In this document: positions 62,498 to 64,000 of the stretch, piece by piece
Layout: each line of letters starts with the position of its first letter
Numbering within the stretch: position 1 is the stretch's first letter
Assembly (NCBI RefSeq): GCF_028368995.1
Contig: NZ_JAQNDL010000001.1
Coordinates: 1,984,001-2,048,000 of the forward strand
Origin: Nannocystis bainbridge
Lineage (GTDB): Bacteria; Myxococcota_A; Polyangia; Nannocystales; Nannocystaceae
Direction of reading: 5' to 3'
DNA length: 64,000 nt
Translations under genes and position numbers: made by a program
The notes under the pieces: model-generated
What the model was told of the DNA's origin: nothing
The model's input: the letters and a program-made list of their open reading frames with translations, nothing else
Databases searched by the model: none

Positions 62498-63127
62498 GTG
62501 CCATTCACAATGTATCGAGCCGACACCCGTACCCCAGGAGAGATCAAGAAAGCCGGGGGGTTCCAGGCCAAGGTCCCGCTGACCGTGGCGCAGGCCCAGG
62601 GCTTGATCCGACGCGTCTCTATCGACGCGAACTCCCCCGTCGACATCCCGCACCGGGCGATGGAGCTCAGGGACGCCTTCGCGGATCCCGCAATGGCCGG
62701 GAAGCTCTTCGGCCTCCTCGCCCTCTACCAGGGGATCCGCAAGGGGAAGAGCGGGACGACTGTGCACATTTCGACTTCGGCGAACCAGGGCACCGGCGGA
62801 TACGACGGCAACATCTACGAGATCGTGACGCCGTTCGATCAGCTCTACGAGACGCCGGCAAAGCGAAATGGCCTCGGCGATCCCCGGCTGGTGGCGTCGT
62901 ACGAGGACATGGCGAGAGGCGTCAACCCGAGCATCCTCACCGATCGTGACAATATCGACAGCGCAGCCGAGCTGATCGCCGTCTACAATTCCGGGCAGGG
63001 CTCGCAGGAGGTGGCGTTCTTGACCGACATCCCCCTGAAGTGGATCGAGCGCGTCAAGCTCGACGGCTCCCGGGATTGGCAGATGATGTCGGCCGTGCTC
63101 GCCGGGTCGTCGTCGGCCACGTCGTAA
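62498..63127 (+). CDS. cholera/pertussis-toxin-like (R-S-E) ADP-ribosyltransferase domain protein
   Basis: YRADTR.P.EI...GGF, ISTS, QEVAF...IP..WI; AAGGAG RBS before GTG 62498. Confidence 0.8.
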   Translation: MPFTMYRADTRTPGEIKKAGGFQAKVPLTVAQAQGLIRRVSIDANSPVDIPHRAMELRDAFADPAMAGKLFGLLALYQGIRKGKSGTTVHISTSANQGTGGYDGNIYEIVTPFDQLYETPAKRNGLGDPRLVASYEDMARGVNPSILTDRDNIDSAAELIAVYNSGQGSQEVAFLTDIPLKWIERVKLDGSRDWQMMSAVLAGSSSATS

Positions 63128-63682
63128 GATCGGCACGACGTGCGCTCAGCCGGCTCGAAGAGGCATGATCGTCGAGGCGTCGAGCTCGCGACGCCCCGAG
63201 GCCCATGACGCAGACCCGCTCGTGAACCCCGGCGCCTCGGTCGGCAGGTGCCGTCGACCCGGGCGCGATGGGCACGCCTCGGCGGGCAAAGACAAGGGAG
63301 GGCCGAGCGCGGTTCCGGAGCCAGCGCGGTCCACCGATGGCTCGCATGGATCGCCGCGCCCTGCAGCCTGGCGGGCGACCATTCCGCCGAATTTGAACAT
63401 CGGGAGGCTCCTCGTTTCTCGGGTGGGCTGTCCTGCGACCGCTCATTGCGGGTGTCTCGGTGGATCGGGCCGCTCCGTCCAGGCTCGTCGGAGGATGACC
63501 AGCCAGCGCGACGCCCACGGGTGAAGAGCGACGGCCGTCCCGTTGCGATCCAAAATTCTTCGATCTTTTTTCTCGCCCTTCGAATGGCTCATCTTCGCGC
63601 CGGGGCAGGGCGAATCGACCCCATCTCGATCGAGCTCGTTCACCCCGCAACCGCCGCCGCGCCCCCGGCATCCGGCGCGCCC

Positions 63683-64000
63683 TCAAGGCTCGCCGGGCCA
63701 CGTCTGCAGCGAGCCGCTCGGCGAGCCGTCGTGGATCCGCGGCCAGCCGTTCTCCCACCACACCCGATCGACCAGCACCGTCCTGCCCTTGCCCCCGTCT
63801 TGGGTGCCGTTCCCGGCGTTCGTCCACGCGTGATAGACGAAATAATCGAGCCCGCCGACCGGCAGCAGCGTGCCGTGGCCCGGCCCGACCCACCGATCGT
63901 TGTTGACGAGGATCGGCGGCCCCAGCTTCTCATAAGGCCCGAGCAGCGACGCCGAGCGGGCGACGCCGGTGCGGTAGCGGTGATCGTAGACGTTGCCGCT
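63683..64000 (-). CDS. glycoside hydrolase family 43, C-terminal part (partial)
   Basis: My translation: YRTGVARS.S..GPYEK..PIL....WVGPGH.....YFVYHAW...R..LVDR..W..GWP. Confidence 0.85.
   Translation of the reverse strand, partial: SGNVYDHRYRTGVARSASLLGPYEKLGPPILVNNDRWVGPGHGTLLPVGGLDYFVYHAWTNAGNGTQDGGKGRTVLVDRVWWENGWPRIHDGSPSGSLQTWPGEP

Overview
Very GC-rich bacterial DNA. The protein style (many Cys-rich and Thr/Ser-linker lipoproteins, eukaryotic-like Ser/Thr kinases, a CFI-box-CTERM protein, orphan vgrG loci) points to a myxobacterium, probably Nannocystis-like (inference). Core genes: recN-nadK, rplM-rpsI and an RRM protein. There are two orphan T6SS spike/effector cassettes. (i) vgrG / DUF1795 chaperone / prePAAR-PAAR effector / immunity, bracketed by two paralogous membrane-anchored pseudokinases carrying arrays of [RK]T[EQD]-hydrophobic motifs. 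(ii) vgrG / PAAR fused to an amidohydrolase TIM barrel / putative immunity / FHA-DUF4123. Also present: hsdM-hsdS with no adjacent hsdR, PhoX plus a two-CxxCH partner, an L-glutamate-oxidase-like enzyme, a PLD, and a compositionally different stretch with a DUF2589 pair and a stand-alone R-S-E ADP-ribosyltransferase. The most striking unexplained signal is a dispersed palindrome, TGTCC-N4-GGACA, tiled in exact 14-bp register in about 25 clusters. It lies both between genes and inside genes, where it coincides with atypical codons. All family calls come from motif recognition by eye, not database searches; start codons are best estimates.
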